64,000 nt of DNA from an uncultured Thermomicrobiales bacterium. Its GTDB lineage: Bacteria > Chloroflexota > Chloroflexia > Thermomicrobiales > CFX8. Position 1 is the stretch's first letter, and every line of letters begins with the position of its first letter. Both the position numbers and the translations under genes were made by a program. A model generated the notes under the pieces. The model had not been told where the DNA came from and did not search any database. It saw nothing but the letters and a program-made list of their open reading frames with translations. Shown piece by piece: positions 17,533 through 27,271 of the stretch. Location of the stretch: contig CAYWXR010000007.1 of NCBI GenBank assembly GCA_964462545.1, forward strand, positions 1,581 to 65,580. The letters run 5' to 3'.

Positions 17533-19539
17533 CTACCCCTCGTCAGAGACCCTTGAAATACGTGCAATTTCGGAAACTGCGTCCGGATTCTCCAGGGCAG
17601 TCAGATCTCCCGGCGCCTCTCCCAGATAGGCCGCCCGGATAACCCTTCGCATGATCTTGGCGTTTCGGGTTCGGGGCAGGTCGGAAACAATGTGTGCTCG
17701 CTCCGGTTTCAACGGCCGGCCAAGATGGCGCGCGACCGTTTCCAGTACTTCAGCCTCGACATCGCCGACCGCTTCCCCGGAAAGGATGATGAAGACGACA
17801 ATCGCTTCGCCCTTGACCGGATGGGGGACACCGATGGCGGCTGCCTCCCGGACGAGCGGGTGCGAAACGGCGGCCGATTCAACCTCGGCCGGCCCAACCC
17901 GCTTGCCGGCGATATTGAGCGTGTCGTCCGAGCGGCCCAGGATGTACCAGAAGCCGTCGTCGTCGATCATCGCCCAGTCGCCATGCACCCAAAGGCCGGG
18001 AATCTTCGACCAGTAACTGTCGAGATATCGTTCGTTGTCTTGCCAGAACCCGCGAGTCATCCCGACCCATGGCTGACGAATGACCAGTTCCCCGACAACA
18101 CCTCGAACGGGATTTCCCTGTGGATCGACCACGTCGGCCGCTGTGCCGGGCGTCGGCCCGGAAAAACTGCAGGCACGTTCTGGATGAATCGTCGAGGAAA
18201 TCAGAATCCCGCCACCGATCTCGGTGCCGCCTGAGTAGTTCACGATCGGGCAGCGTGATTTACCGACGTGCTCCAGCGTCCACTTCCACGGTTCAGGGTT
18301 CCACGGCTCACCGGTGGAACCAATTGCCCGGAGCGATGGCATGTCGTGACGGTCGGCCCAGTCGTCACCCCGGGGCATCAATGCCCGGATCGCAGTCGGC
18401 GAGATGCCGATGATATTGACCTCGTGGTCTTCCACCAGTTGCCAGAGACGGTCCGGTTGGGGGAAGTCCGGCGTGCCTTCGAACAGCATCACCGATCCGC
18501 CGGCAATCAACGTACCGGAAATGGCCCATGGGCCCATCATCCAGCCGAGGTCGGTCAGCCAGAAGAGCGTGTCGTCCTGGTGAAGGTCAAAGCAGAACGC
18601 AATGTCCATTGCTGCCTTCAACGGAAACCCGGCGTGCGTATGCACGGCACCTTTGGGACGCCCGGTCGTTCCTGAGGTGTAGATCAACATGTAGGGATCA
18701 TTCGCAGCGGTATCGGCTGCGGTGAAGTCATTGGAGGCGGCAGCAGTGATCTCGTTCCAGTTATGGACGTTATCCGGCAGCGATTCGGGCAGCGTTCCGA
18801 GACGGGGAACGACGGTGATCGATTGCATGCCGCCGGCTTCCTGTGCCGCTTCGAGTGCTGCTTCCAGGAGAGCGACCTGTCGGCCACGCCGCAGGAAACC
18901 ATCTGCCGTAATCAGGTGCGTAGCTCCCGCATCGCGGAGACGATTGGCAGCCGCGTCGGCACCAAACCCGGAGAAGATCGGGACGATAATGGCTCCCATC
19001 TTGCCGCAGGCAAGTTTGGCAATGGCTGTTTCCGGGATCATCGGCAGGAAGATACCCACCCGGTCTCCCTGTTTGACGCCGAGGGCTTTCAACGCATTGC
19101 AGGCCCGGTTGATTTCTTCTGCCAGTTCGCCAAATGTCAGATTACGCCGTGCCCCGTCGTCACCTTCCCAACGCAGGGCGATGCTGTCCCGCCGGGTCGC
19201 CAGGTGACGGTCGACGGCGCTGGTGACGTAGTTCATCCGGCCGCCCGGATACCACTCGGGCCATTCGATGCCGTTTCCCAGGTCAAGGACGCGCTCATAG
19301 GGTTGGGTCCAGATCACGCCCAGATGCTTCTCAACCGCGCCCCAGAACCAGGCAGGATCATCGACCGACTTCCGGAAGAAACTGTCGTAGGTATCGAGTC
19401 CGTGTTCGCGGGCGAAGGCGAGCATCCGGCTGCGGGCGATGATGTCTGGCCCGGGTCTCCAGTCGACATCGATATTGATATCTTCGAAGGTTCCCAATGC
19501 CTGCGCCTTTCCGCTTGTTACCTTGTGGCCGTTTACCAT
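17533..19539 (-). CDS. AMP-forming acyl-CoA synthetase (acetyl-CoA synthetase family)
   Basis: 668 aa. DPAWFWG.. N-terminal region, AMP-binding motif YTSGTTGRPKG, C-terminal ..LPRTRNAKIMRR.. GGAG lies 7 nt upstream of the ATG. Confidence 0.88.
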   Translation of the reverse strand: MVNGHKVTSGKAQALGTFEDINIDVDWRPGPDIIARSRMLAFAREHGLDTYDSFFRKSVDDPAWFWGAVEKHLGVIWTQPYERVLDLGNGIEWPEWYPGGRMNYVTSAVDRHLATRRDSIALRWEGDDGARRNLTFGELAEEINRACNALKALGVKQGDRVGIFLPMIPETAIAKLACGKMGAIIVPIFSGFGADAAANRLRDAGATHLITADGFLRRGRQVALLEAALEAAQEAGGMQSITVVPRLGTLPESLPDNVHNWNEITAAASNDFTAADTAANDPYMLIYTSGTTGRPKGAVHTHAGFPLKAAMDIAFCFDLHQDDTLFWLTDLGWMMGPWAISGTLIAGGSVMLFEGTPDFPQPDRLWQLVEDHEVNIIGISPTAIRALMPRGDDWADRHDMPSLRAIGSTGEPWNPEPWKWTLEHVGKSRCPIVNYSGGTEIGGGILISSTIHPERACSFSGPTPGTAADVVDPQGNPVRGVVGELVIRQPWVGMTRGFWQDNERYLDSYWSKIPGLWVHGDWAMIDDDGFWYILGRSDDTLNIAGKRVGPAEVESAAVSHPLVREAAAIGVPHPVKGEAIVVFIILSGEAVGDVEAEVLETVARHLGRPLKPERAHIVSDLPRTRNAKIMRRVIRAAYLGEAPGDLTALENPDAVSEIARISRVSDEG

Positions 19540-19620
19540 CAGTCTACTCCGGCGTTAGACTAAGGGCGCTTGCTTCGGTGTGCAACAGCGCAATGGTGAA
19601 AAGATGTCAGGAGATTGTTG

Positions 19621-20532
19621 ATGGCCGTCGTTCCGGAACCGGTCGAGACCTATACCTGTACAAACTGCGGTGCGACGACGTCGTTTGATCCCGGTACCCG
19701 GACACTGCGTTGTCCCTTCTGTGGCACCGAAATGGCCGTCCGGGCAAGTGCGGCGGCTAAGGATATAGATGCCGACCGGTATGTCCTGCCCTTCAAGATC
19801 CAGAAAGAGCAATCAGAGCAACGTATCCGGGACTGGCTGGGGAGTTCGATGTGGTCGCCGGGCGACCTGAAATCCCGTTCCGGTCTTGACCGCGGCCAGG
19901 GAATCTATGTCCCGTTCTGGCGCTTTGATGCTGATGCGTCATCGGTTTGGGAAGGTGAGGTATCGAAGACACATTCCCGGCCGGTGCAGCGCACCCGCAC
20001 CAATTCCGAGGGCCGTCAGGAGATGTACACCGCCACCGAGACCTACCAGACCTGGCACCCACGCAGCGGTACCCACAAGGGCAAGCATCGAACGTTTGTG
20101 GTTGCCTCGACCGGCCTTGCCCAGCAGGAGAGCGACCGCCTCATGCCCTTCCCGGAAGAGGCGATGATGACATTTTCGCCGGATCTGCTGGTTGGTTTCT
20201 CGGCCGAGGACCCTGGCATTGACGAGGCCGGCGCGTGGTCGATCGGCGAGCAACGCATCAAGGAGATGGAGCGGGAGGCCTGTTCGCTCGAGGTCGAACG
20301 GTTAACCCGTGCCGACATCACCCTGAGCAACATCCGCTCGGCGATTTGCTATCTGCCGATCTGGATTTACACCTACACCTACCAGAACCAGCAGTACCGG
20401 GTACTGGTGAATGGTTACACCGGTGGCGTGATTGGTGACCGCCCTGTCTCCAGGGGCCGTGTCGCTGTCGCCGTCATCCTCGGCATCCTGCTGCTGGTGA
20501 TTTGCATTGTGATCTTTGCCGTTTCCCGGTAG
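19621..20532 (+). CDS. hypothetical N-terminal zinc-ribbon protein with C-terminal transmembrane anchor
   Basis: AGGAG 8 nt upstream of ATG 19621. CTNCG..17 aa..CPFCG ribbon, a soluble domain of about 230 aa, and a terminal hydrophobic helix VAVAVILGILLLVICIVIFAV. Confidence 0.7.
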   Translation: MAVVPEPVETYTCTNCGATTSFDPGTRTLRCPFCGTEMAVRASAAAKDIDADRYVLPFKIQKEQSEQRIRDWLGSSMWSPGDLKSRSGLDRGQGIYVPFWRFDADASSVWEGEVSKTHSRPVQRTRTNSEGRQEMYTATETYQTWHPRSGTHKGKHRTFVVASTGLAQQESDRLMPFPEEAMMTFSPDLLVGFSAEDPGIDEAGAWSIGEQRIKEMEREACSLEVERLTRADITLSNIRSAICYLPIWIYTYTYQNQQYRVLVNGYTGGVIGDRPVSRGRVAVAVILGILLLVICIVIFAVSR

Positions 20533-20572
20533 GTAGCTCCCCAACAGGCTCAGTGGCCAAATCCCATATGCC

Positions 20573-20706
20573 TGTCATGCCGGAGCAAGCCGAGCCGTGT
20601 CCGGTCCCAGAGGTGCTCGGGGGCCGGGAAGCGTTCGGGCGGTTTGCAGGTGCAAGGATTCGACAGGGCGGACTCGTGTATTTGTCATCCCGAGCGAAGC
20701 CGAGGG
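20573..20706. repeat. two direct copies of a ~24-nt REP-like motif (TGTCATSCCGRAGCRAGCCGAG)
   Basis: Copy A is at 20573-20596 and copy B at 20683-20706. ATGCCTGTC also recurs at 20568 and 20732. Translated, the motif gives the VIPSEAEGS / LGFARDDK pseudo-peptides that I recall as a dispersed intergenic repeat in Chloroflexi-type genomes. Confidence 0.45.
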
Positions 20707-20807
20707 ATCTCGACGGACGAGGGAGATGAGTCATGCCTGTCGCCCGTCACGACCCACATCCGGTGCATTTCAACCTGCATCGGCAAGAGGCGGGCCATCA
20801 CGGTGCA

Positions 20808-20836
20808 TTGACAGAACCGGGGCGAGCGGATACTAT
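20808..20836 (+). promoter_or_regulatory. sigma-70-type promoter of the trp/aro operon leader
   Basis: TTGACA (20808-20813), exactly 17 nt, then TACTAT (20831-20836). Predicted TSS near 20843. Confidence 0.7.
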
Positions 20837-20842
20837 CAGGCG

Positions 20843-21150
20843 CAAATCGAATACCGATACGATGATGATCGGAACGAGTAATTCCCGAAGCGGGTTGCAG
20901 AGAGCCGGCTGGTTGCTGAAATGCCGGTAGCAGCGCAGGGAATGAATGGATCCGGGAGTTGCGCTCCGAACGGGTAATACCAAGTAGGCGGCGCCGGGGA
21001 CTCCGCCGTTACATGGGAGCGGGATATCGGATAGTCATTGAGCTATCCCGTATTCGCAGAGTGGGCCGTTTCAACAGCGGTCAACAAGGGTGGCACCGCG
21101 GAAGTGTCGAAAGCGCCTCCGTCCCTGTTTTCGGGACGAGAGGTTTTTTT
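20843..21150 (+). promoter_or_regulatory. T-box riboswitch leader, tRNA-Trp specific, with intrinsic terminator
   Basis: - Stem I: UGAUGA region, and a specifier loop closed by CGGA/UCCG and AUUCCC/GGGAAU.
- The 5' side of the specifier loop is ACGAGUA; the 3' side is GAA-UGG-A (UGG at 20947-20949).
- AGAGAG box at 20899-20904.
- T-box sequence GGGUGGCACCGCG at 21088-21100.
- Terminator CCUCCGUCCC-ugutttc-GGGACGAGAGG plus U7 at 21116-21150. Confidence 0.85.
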
Positions 21151-21301
21151 ATTGCTTTCGCACAGGAGATCAGGTTGCCATGACAGGAATACGTGACCGC
21201 AGGGAGCGCACACCGGCCGGGTTGTACCGGGCGCGTTGGCGCCGCCGGATTTCCTGAACCTTTCCCGATGTTGAGAACCTGTTGAAACGGATTGAACAAA
21301 C

Positions 21302-22873
21302 ATGACAACTGCAACACCCGACAGGGCAACCCGCCCACGATATTCGCTCACCGTCGAAGAAGTTGATGCCCTCCGTGGCCAGGGCAACATGGTGCCGATC
21401 TACCGCGAGATCATGGCCGACATGGAAACCCCGGTCAGCGCGTACCTGAAGATTGCCGAGGGGCCGTATTCCTTCCTGCTGGAAAGTGTCGAGGGAGGAG
21501 AACGTCTGGCCCGCTATTCGTTCATCGGCACCGATCCCTATCTGACCGTCCGCCTTGAAGATGGCGTTGCCTACGCCAATCACGCCGGCTACAAGCAGGA
21601 GATTCCTTATACCGACCCGCTGGTGGCACTTCAGACCTTCCTGGCGCCGTACAAGCCGGTCGATATTCCCGACCTGCCGCTGTTCCTGGGTGGTGCTGTT
21701 GGCTACCTCTCTTATGAGGCAGTGCGGTACTTCGAAAACATCCCGGTGGCCCGGAACAACCCGAACAATGATCCGGATGGCGTCTACATGTTTGTCGACA
21801 CGATGATCGTGTTCGACCATCTCCAGCGACGGGTCAAGGTAGTTGCCCACGTCCATCTTGACGACTCTACTCCGGTTGAGCGGGCCTACGATCAGGCAAC
21901 CGCCCGGATCGAGGCGCTGGCCGCACGTCTGGTTTCCGGCCGGCCAAATGTGCCGGTGACCGACATCGAGTTTCACGAGACATCGGTTCGCGAACGGGCG
22001 GTGCATAACATCTCCCGCGAGTACTACGATGAGATGATCGCCCGGGCGAAAGAAGACATCACCGCCGGCGACATCTTCCAGGTGGTGCTGTCGCAGCGCG
22101 TCGAGGTTGATACCGCCGCCCATCCTTTCACGCTCTACCGGGCGTTGCGCACGGTCAACCCGTCGCCATTCATGTTCTACCTCCAGGTTGGTGATGAGCA
22201 GATCGTCGGCGCGTCTCCGGAAGCGCTCATCCGTCTCGACCATCGCACGCTCACTACGCATCCGATCGCCGGAACCCGGCGTAGAGGCGCAACCGAAGAG
22301 GAAGATACCGAACTCGAGGCAGACCTGCTTGCCGACGAAAAAGAGCGTGCCGAACATGTCATGCTGGTTGACCTGGCTCGCAACGACATCGGCCGCGTAG
22401 CCAAACCCGGTACGGTGAAGGTTCCGGTGTTGCTGCGGACCGAGCGCTTCTCCCACGTGATCCACCTGGTCAGCCATGTGACCGGCGAACTGCGGGACGA
22501 CCTGAACGCCGTGGACGCGCTGCGGGCCTGCTTCCCGGCCGGCACGGTCAGTGGTGCGCCGAAAATCCGGGCGATGCAGATCATCTCCGAACTTGAGCCG
22601 GATCGGCGCGGATTCTATTCCGGCTGTGTTGGCTACGTTGCCTATACCGGCAACATGGACATGGCCCTCTCGTTGCGGACCGTCGCTGTCCGCAATGGCC
22701 GGGTCTACATGCAGGCCGGGGGCGGTATTGTCTACGACTCGACTGCCGACTTCGAGTACCAGGAGACGCTCAACAAGATGGGCGCCGCGATGCGGGCAAT
22801 TGAACTTGCTGAAGAGATCGAACGTGACGAGCGGGCCGCCCGCCTGATCGCCGGAAACGAGGTATCTGCATGA
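21302..22873 (+). CDS. trpE: anthranilate synthase component I
   Basis: 523 aa. ..[18 protein letters not shown].., ..GAVGYLSYE.., ..[18 protein letters not shown].. canonical TrpE. Confidence 0.97.
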   Translation: MTTATPDRATRPRYSLTVEEVDALRGQGNMVPIYREIMADMETPVSAYLKIAEGPYSFLLESVEGGERLARYSFIGTDPYLTVRLEDGVAYANHAGYKQEIPYTDPLVALQTFLAPYKPVDIPDLPLFLGGAVGYLSYEAVRYFENIPVARNNPNNDPDGVYMFVDTMIVFDHLQRRVKVVAHVHLDDSTPVERAYDQATARIEALAARLVSGRPNVPVTDIEFHETSVRERAVHNISREYYDEMIARAKEDITAGDIFQVVLSQRVEVDTAAHPFTLYRALRTVNPSPFMFYLQVGDEQIVGASPEALIRLDHRTLTTHPIAGTRRRGATEEEDTELEADLLADEKERAEHVMLVDLARNDIGRVAKPGTVKVPVLLRTERFSHVIHLVSHVTGELRDDLNAVDALRACFPAGTVSGAPKIRAMQIISELEPDRRGFYSGCVGYVAYTGNMDMALSLRTVAVRNGRVYMQAGGGIVYDSTADFEYQETLNKMGAAMRAIELAEEIERDERAARLIAGNEVSA

Positions 22874-23463
22874 TCCTGCTGATTGATAACTACGATTCGT
22901 TTACCTACAACCTCTATCAGTATCTCTGCGAACTCGGTGCAGATGTCGTCGTACGGCGCAATGACAAGATCACGATCGAGGAGATCCGGGAGATGGCGCC
23001 GGAACGGATTGTGATCTCGCCGGGGCCCTGCACCCCGAACGAGGCCGGCGTTTCCGTTGATCTGGTGAAGGAACTCGGTGGCGAGATCCCGATTCTCGGT
23101 GTCTGCCTGGGCCACCAGTCAATCGGTGCCGCCTATGGTGGCGAGGTCATCCGGGCCGGCAATGTCATGCATGGCAAGACCAGCCGGATCAGCCACAACG
23201 GACGGGACATTCTCGCCGGCCTGCCAAATCCGTTCACCGCAACCCGCTATCACTCGTTGATTGTTGAAGAAGAGACTCTTCCGGAGTCTCTGGAAGTCAC
23301 CGCACGCTCCGAGGATGGGACGATCATGGCGTTTCGGCATCGCAAGCATGAGGTGTATGGCGTCCAGTTCCATCCCGAGTCAATCCTGACCGAGGGCGGT
23401 CACCGGCTGCTGGCCAACTTCATCGGTGCGGCTGCACCGGTGGGGGCGGTGCGCGGCTACTAG
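22870..23463 (+). CDS. trpG: anthranilate synthase component II (glutamine amidotransferase)
   Basis: [19 protein letters not shown].., catalytic GVCLGHQ, ..VQFHPES.. 4-nt overlap with trpE. Confidence 0.95.
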   Translation: MILLIDNYDSFTYNLYQYLCELGADVVVRRNDKITIEEIREMAPERIVISPGPCTPNEAGVSVDLVKELGGEIPILGVCLGHQSIGAAYGGEVIRAGNVMHGKTSRISHNGRDILAGLPNPFTATRYHSLIVEEETLPESLEVTARSEDGTIMAFRHRKHEVYGVQFHPESILTEGGHRLLANFIGAAAPVGAVRGY

Positions 23464-23476
23464 AGGGGCACTTTCC

Positions 23477-24529
23477 ATGTTACGAGCATCTATCCAGGCT
23501 GTCGTCGATGGCCGCACGCTGAGCCGGGAGGAAGCCCGGCAGGCGATGGACATCATCATGAACGGGGAAGCCTCTCCGCCGCAGATCGGTGCGTTTCTCA
23601 CAGCAATGCGGGTCCGTGGCGAGACTGACGAGGAACTTGCCGGTTTCGCCGAGGGCATGCGCTCCAAGGCGATCAGGGTCCCGGTCGATAGCGACACGCT
23701 GATCGTTGACACTTGCGGCACCGGGGGTGATGTCAGCGATTCATTCAATATCTCGACCACCGCTGCCTTCGTTGTCGCCGGCGCAGGGGTCAAGGTGGCA
23801 AAGCACGGTAACCGGGCAATGACCAGCCGGTGCGGCTCGGCAGACGTGCTGGAAGGGCTGGGGGTGCGGATTGAACTGGCACCGGAAGAGGTGGCCGAGT
23901 GCATCGACCGGGTAGGAATCGGGTTCATGTATGCTCCGGCTTTCCACCCGGCCATGCGGTTTGCCGGTCCGGTTCGCCGCGAAATCGGAATCCGGACGAT
24001 GTTCAACCTGCTCGGGCCGCTCGCAAACCCGGCCGGAGCACTCCATCAGGTGATCGGCGTGCCGGATGACGAAACCGCGCTCCGGATGGCTCGAGTGATG
24101 GGGCTGCTTGGTTCGAAGCACGTACTGGTCGTCCATGCCCACGAAGGGTTGGACGAGATCGGCGTAGCCGGTCCGACGACCGTTGCCGAGATGGAGATGC
24201 GGGAAAGCGCCTGGGTAACCAGTTACCAGGTTGACCCCACACGATTTGGATTGAGCCAGCATCCCGCCCAGGCGATCAAGGGTGGGAGCGTAGCCGACAA
24301 TGTCCGTATCACCGAGGCTGTCCTCTCCGGTGAGCCAGGTGCACCTCGTGACATCACGTTGATGAACGCAGCGGCAGCACTCTATGCTGGCAACGCAGCG
24401 GGGTCGTTTGAAGAAGGCGTGGCCATGGCCGCCGAATCAATTGATAGCGGAGCGGCACTGGCCAGGGTGCGACACCTCGCCGAGATGACCAGCCGGATGG
24501 GTGCAAACCGGGAAGTGGGAGTTTCATGA
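23477..24529 (+). CDS. trpD: anthranilate phosphoribosyltransferase
   Basis: From ATG 23477 (AGAGGGG upstream): ..PPQIGAFLTAMRVRGET.., ..DTCGTGGD.., ..KHGNRA.. Confidence 0.95.
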   Translation: MLRASIQAVVDGRTLSREEARQAMDIIMNGEASPPQIGAFLTAMRVRGETDEELAGFAEGMRSKAIRVPVDSDTLIVDTCGTGGDVSDSFNISTTAAFVVAGAGVKVAKHGNRAMTSRCGSADVLEGLGVRIELAPEEVAECIDRVGIGFMYAPAFHPAMRFAGPVRREIGIRTMFNLLGPLANPAGALHQVIGVPDDETALRMARVMGLLGSKHVLVVHAHEGLDEIGVAGPTTVAEMEMRESAWVTSYQVDPTRFGLSQHPAQAIKGGSVADNVRITEAVLSGEPGAPRDITLMNAAAALYAGNAAGSFEEGVAMAAESIDSGAALARVRHLAEMTSRMGANREVGVS

Positions 24530-25335
24530 CCTCACGCCAGAAGAGCGGAACCTACCTCGATACCATTCTCGAAAACACGGTGATCGAGGTGCAGCAACGC
24601 AAGCGGCAGATTCCGGAAGCGGATATCCGCTACGTTGCCCGCGAACGGTCGGGTGGTGTTTCGCTGGCCGAATCCCTCCGCAAACCGGGTATCAGCGTGA
24701 TCTCGGAAATCAAGCGCGCGTCGCCGTCAAAGGGCGAGATAGCACCTGGTGTCGAAGCGGTTGATGTGGCTGCGGATTATCTTGCGGCCGGTTGCTCGGC
24801 CATCTCGGTGTTGACCGACCGGAAGTTCTTCGGTGGCTCGCTTGATGACCTGCATCAGGTTTCTCAACTTGCTCACTCTGATGCACTGCCCCGCCCGGTG
24901 CTCCGCAAGGATTTTGTCGTCGACAAATACCAGATCTACGAGGCACGGGCTGCCGGGGCCGATGCGGTACTGTTGATTGTCGCTGCGCTTGACGATGCCG
25001 AACTCAAGGACCTGCATCGTTGCGCCCGCAACTACGGCATTGATGTTCTGGTCGAGGTTCACGATGAGGATGAACTTCGCCGGGCATTGCGTCTGGACCC
25101 CGAGATCGTCGGGATCAATAATCGTAATCTACGGACCTTCCAGGTCGATCTGGCCATAACCGAACGTCTGGCGCCGATGATTCCGGATGGCATCGTGATT
25201 GTTGGCGAAAGCGGGATCGGGTCACGGGCCGACGTCAAGCGGCTTGAGGCTGCCGGGGTAGATGCAATTCTCGTCGGTGAATCGTTGATGAGGAGTGCAG
25301 ACCGGGGCGCCGCGCTGAAGGAGTTGATTACATGA
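24526..25335 (+). CDS. trpC: indole-3-glycerol phosphate synthase
   Basis: 269 aa. ..VISEIKRASPSKG.., ..ISVLTD..FF.G.., ..IGINNRNL.TF.. 4-nt overlap with trpD. Confidence 0.95.
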   Translation: MTSRQKSGTYLDTILENTVIEVQQRKRQIPEADIRYVARERSGGVSLAESLRKPGISVISEIKRASPSKGEIAPGVEAVDVAADYLAAGCSAISVLTDRKFFGGSLDDLHQVSQLAHSDALPRPVLRKDFVVDKYQIYEARAAGADAVLLIVAALDDAELKDLHRCARNYGIDVLVEVHDEDELRRALRLDPEIVGINNRNLRTFQVDLAITERLAPMIPDGIVIVGESGIGSRADVKRLEAAGVDAILVGESLMRSADRGAALKELIT

Positions 25336-26048
25336 GCGAAACCATCCATACCCCGTTGGTCAAGATCTGTGGCATCCGGGATCCGCACCACGCGCTGGTC
25401 GCCCTTGATGCCGGAGCAGATTTCATCGGGTTGATGTTCGCGACAAGTCCCCGGCGTGTGACCCTTGAGGAAGCAAAGCATATCGCCGAAGTCGTCCGAC
25501 TGGCTGACCCCGACAAGAAGATGCGACTCGTTGGTGTATTCGCCAATGAGTCAGCCCAGGCGGTTAACCATATCGCCGAGACGGTCGGACTGGACATGAT
25601 TCAACTTTCCGGCGATGAACCGGCGCAGGTCGTCTTCAGGATTCCCTATCCAACAATCGGCTCTGTCCGGATACGGCATGGTGACTGGAAGGCGGCTGGT
25701 CTCCGGTTGCGAGACTGGATTATGGTAACGCCTTCTGCTGTCATCGTGGACTCTCATGTTCCGGGGAAATATGGTGGTTCAGGTACGGTCGGTGATTGGG
25801 AGATTGCCGGCCAGATCGCCCAGCGATACCGGACCTTCCTGGCCGGTGGACTAACCCCGGCGAATGTCGCCAAAGCCATCGAAACCGTCAAGCCATATGC
25901 CGTTGATGTCTCCACAGGCGTTGAAACGCTCGGGAAGAAGGACGAAGACAAGATCCGGGCGTTTATCCGGAACGCCAAGGCAACCACATTTGAGCTTCCG
26001 GAAACTCCGCAAATTCCGCTGCCAACAATGACAGGACCAACCGAATGA
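25332..26048 (+). CDS. trpF: phosphoribosylanthranilate isomerase
   Basis: 238 aa. VKICGI.., ..[11 protein letters not shown].., ..GGLTPANV.. 4-nt overlaps on both sides. Confidence 0.9.
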   Translation: MSETIHTPLVKICGIRDPHHALVALDAGADFIGLMFATSPRRVTLEEAKHIAEVVRLADPDKKMRLVGVFANESAQAVNHIAETVGLDMIQLSGDEPAQVVFRIPYPTIGSVRIRHGDWKAAGLRLRDWIMVTPSAVIVDSHVPGKYGGSGTVGDWEIAGQIAQRYRTFLAGGLTPANVAKAIETVKPYAVDVSTGVETLGKKDEDKIRAFIRNAKATTFELPETPQIPLPTMTGPTE

Positions 26049-27271
26049 CCATTACCAACCAGACCGCACATCCGGATCGGGAAGTGCTGCCGGATCGTTT
26101 CGGACGCTTCGGGGAATTCGGTGGCATCTATGCCCCGGAGACGTTGATGCCGGCCATCCGTGAACTGATCGCGGAGTACACCGTCGCAGCCGATGACCCG
26201 GAATTCATTGCCGAGTTCGAACGTCTCCAGGCGGAATATGTCGGCCGTCCGACTCCGCTGACGCTGGCTGCCAACCTGAGCGAAGCCTTTGGCAAGACCG
26301 CTATCTATCTCAAGCGGGAAGACCTCGCCCACACCGGTGCGCACAAGATCAACAATGCGCTTGGCCAGGGCCTGTTGGCAAAGCGAATGGGCAAGCCACG
26401 GCTCATCGCCGAGACCGGAGCGGGCCAGCACGGGGTAGCGACTGCAACTGTCGCCGCGCTGCTCGGTCTCGAATGCGTCGTCTACATGGGTGAGGTGGAC
26501 GTCGAGCGACAATCATTGAACGTCTTCCGGATGAAACTGCTCGGCGCGGAAGTCCGCCCGGTGAGTAGTGGATCGCGGACGCTCAAGGACGCCATGAACG
26601 AGGCCATCCGTGACTGGGTGACCAACGTCGAGACGACCTACTACCTGATCGGTTCTGTCTCGGGCATGCACCCGTATCCGATGCTGGTACGGGATTTCCA
26701 GTCGGTGATTGGACGCGAGGCTCGCCAGCAGATTCTGAAGATGACCGGCGAGTTGCCGGATGCTGTGGTTGCCTGCGTTGGTGGCGGCTCAAACGCCATG
26801 GGCATGTTCTACGAGTTTGTGCCGGACAAGGGCGTTGCATTGGTTGGAGCCGAGGCCGCCGGCCACGGTCTGGAGTCAGGCCAGCACGCGATGAGCCTCT
26901 CCGCCGGCAAGGTCGGTGTGCTGCACGGCACAAAGTCCTACATTCTTCAGGATGAGCACGGTCAGGTTATCGAGGCACACTCGATTTCGGCCGGCCTGGA
27001 TTATCCCGGCGTTGGCCCGGAGCTTTCCTATCTGAAGGATTCCGGCCGGGCGCAGTTCGAAGGCATTACCGATACCGAGGCCCTTGATGCGCTGCAGTTG
27101 CTGTGCCGGACCGAAGGCATTATCCCGGCGCTTGAATCGTCGCATGCCATTGCCCTCGCCGGGAAATACATTGCCCGCAACCCTGATCTGAAACAGATCA
27201 TCATCAACCTCTCCGGACGTGGAGACAAGGATATGCACACCGTGGCGCAGGCGTTTGGAGTGACACTATGA
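26045..27271 (+). CDS. trpB: tryptophan synthase beta chain
   Basis: 408 aa. ..[14 protein letters not shown].., ..[16 protein letters not shown].., ..GGGSNAMG.. Confidence 0.97.
   Translation: MTITNQTAHPDREVLPDRFGRFGEFGGIYAPETLMPAIRELIAEYTVAADDPEFIAEFERLQAEYVGRPTPLTLAANLSEAFGKTAIYLKREDLAHTGAHKINNALGQGLLAKRMGKPRLIAETGAGQHGVATATVAALLGLECVVYMGEVDVERQSLNVFRMKLLGAEVRPVSSGSRTLKDAMNEAIRDWVTNVETTYYLIGSVSGMHPYPMLVRDFQSVIGREARQQILKMTGELPDAVVACVGGGSNAMGMFYEFVPDKGVALVGAEAAGHGLESGQHAMSLSAGKVGVLHGTKSYILQDEHGQVIEAHSISAGLDYPGVGPELSYLKDSGRAQFEGITDTEALDALQLLCRTEGIIPALESSHAIALAGKYIARNPDLKQIIINLSGRGDKDMHTVAQAFGVTL

Noticed and set aside
21180-21257. 25-codon ORF (MTGIRDRRERTPAGLYRARWRRRIS) with AGGAGA 10 nt upstream, between the T-box terminator and trpE
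   Set aside because: It has only one Trp codon and an Arg-rich composition typical of a random GC-rich frame. No terminator follows it. The evidence for a second (peptide) leader is insufficient, and the 150-nt spacer remains unexplained.
21170-22477. 435-aa minus-strand ORF
   Set aside because: It lies antisense to trpE and to the T-box terminator region. It has no motifs and is a shadow of a well-supported gene.
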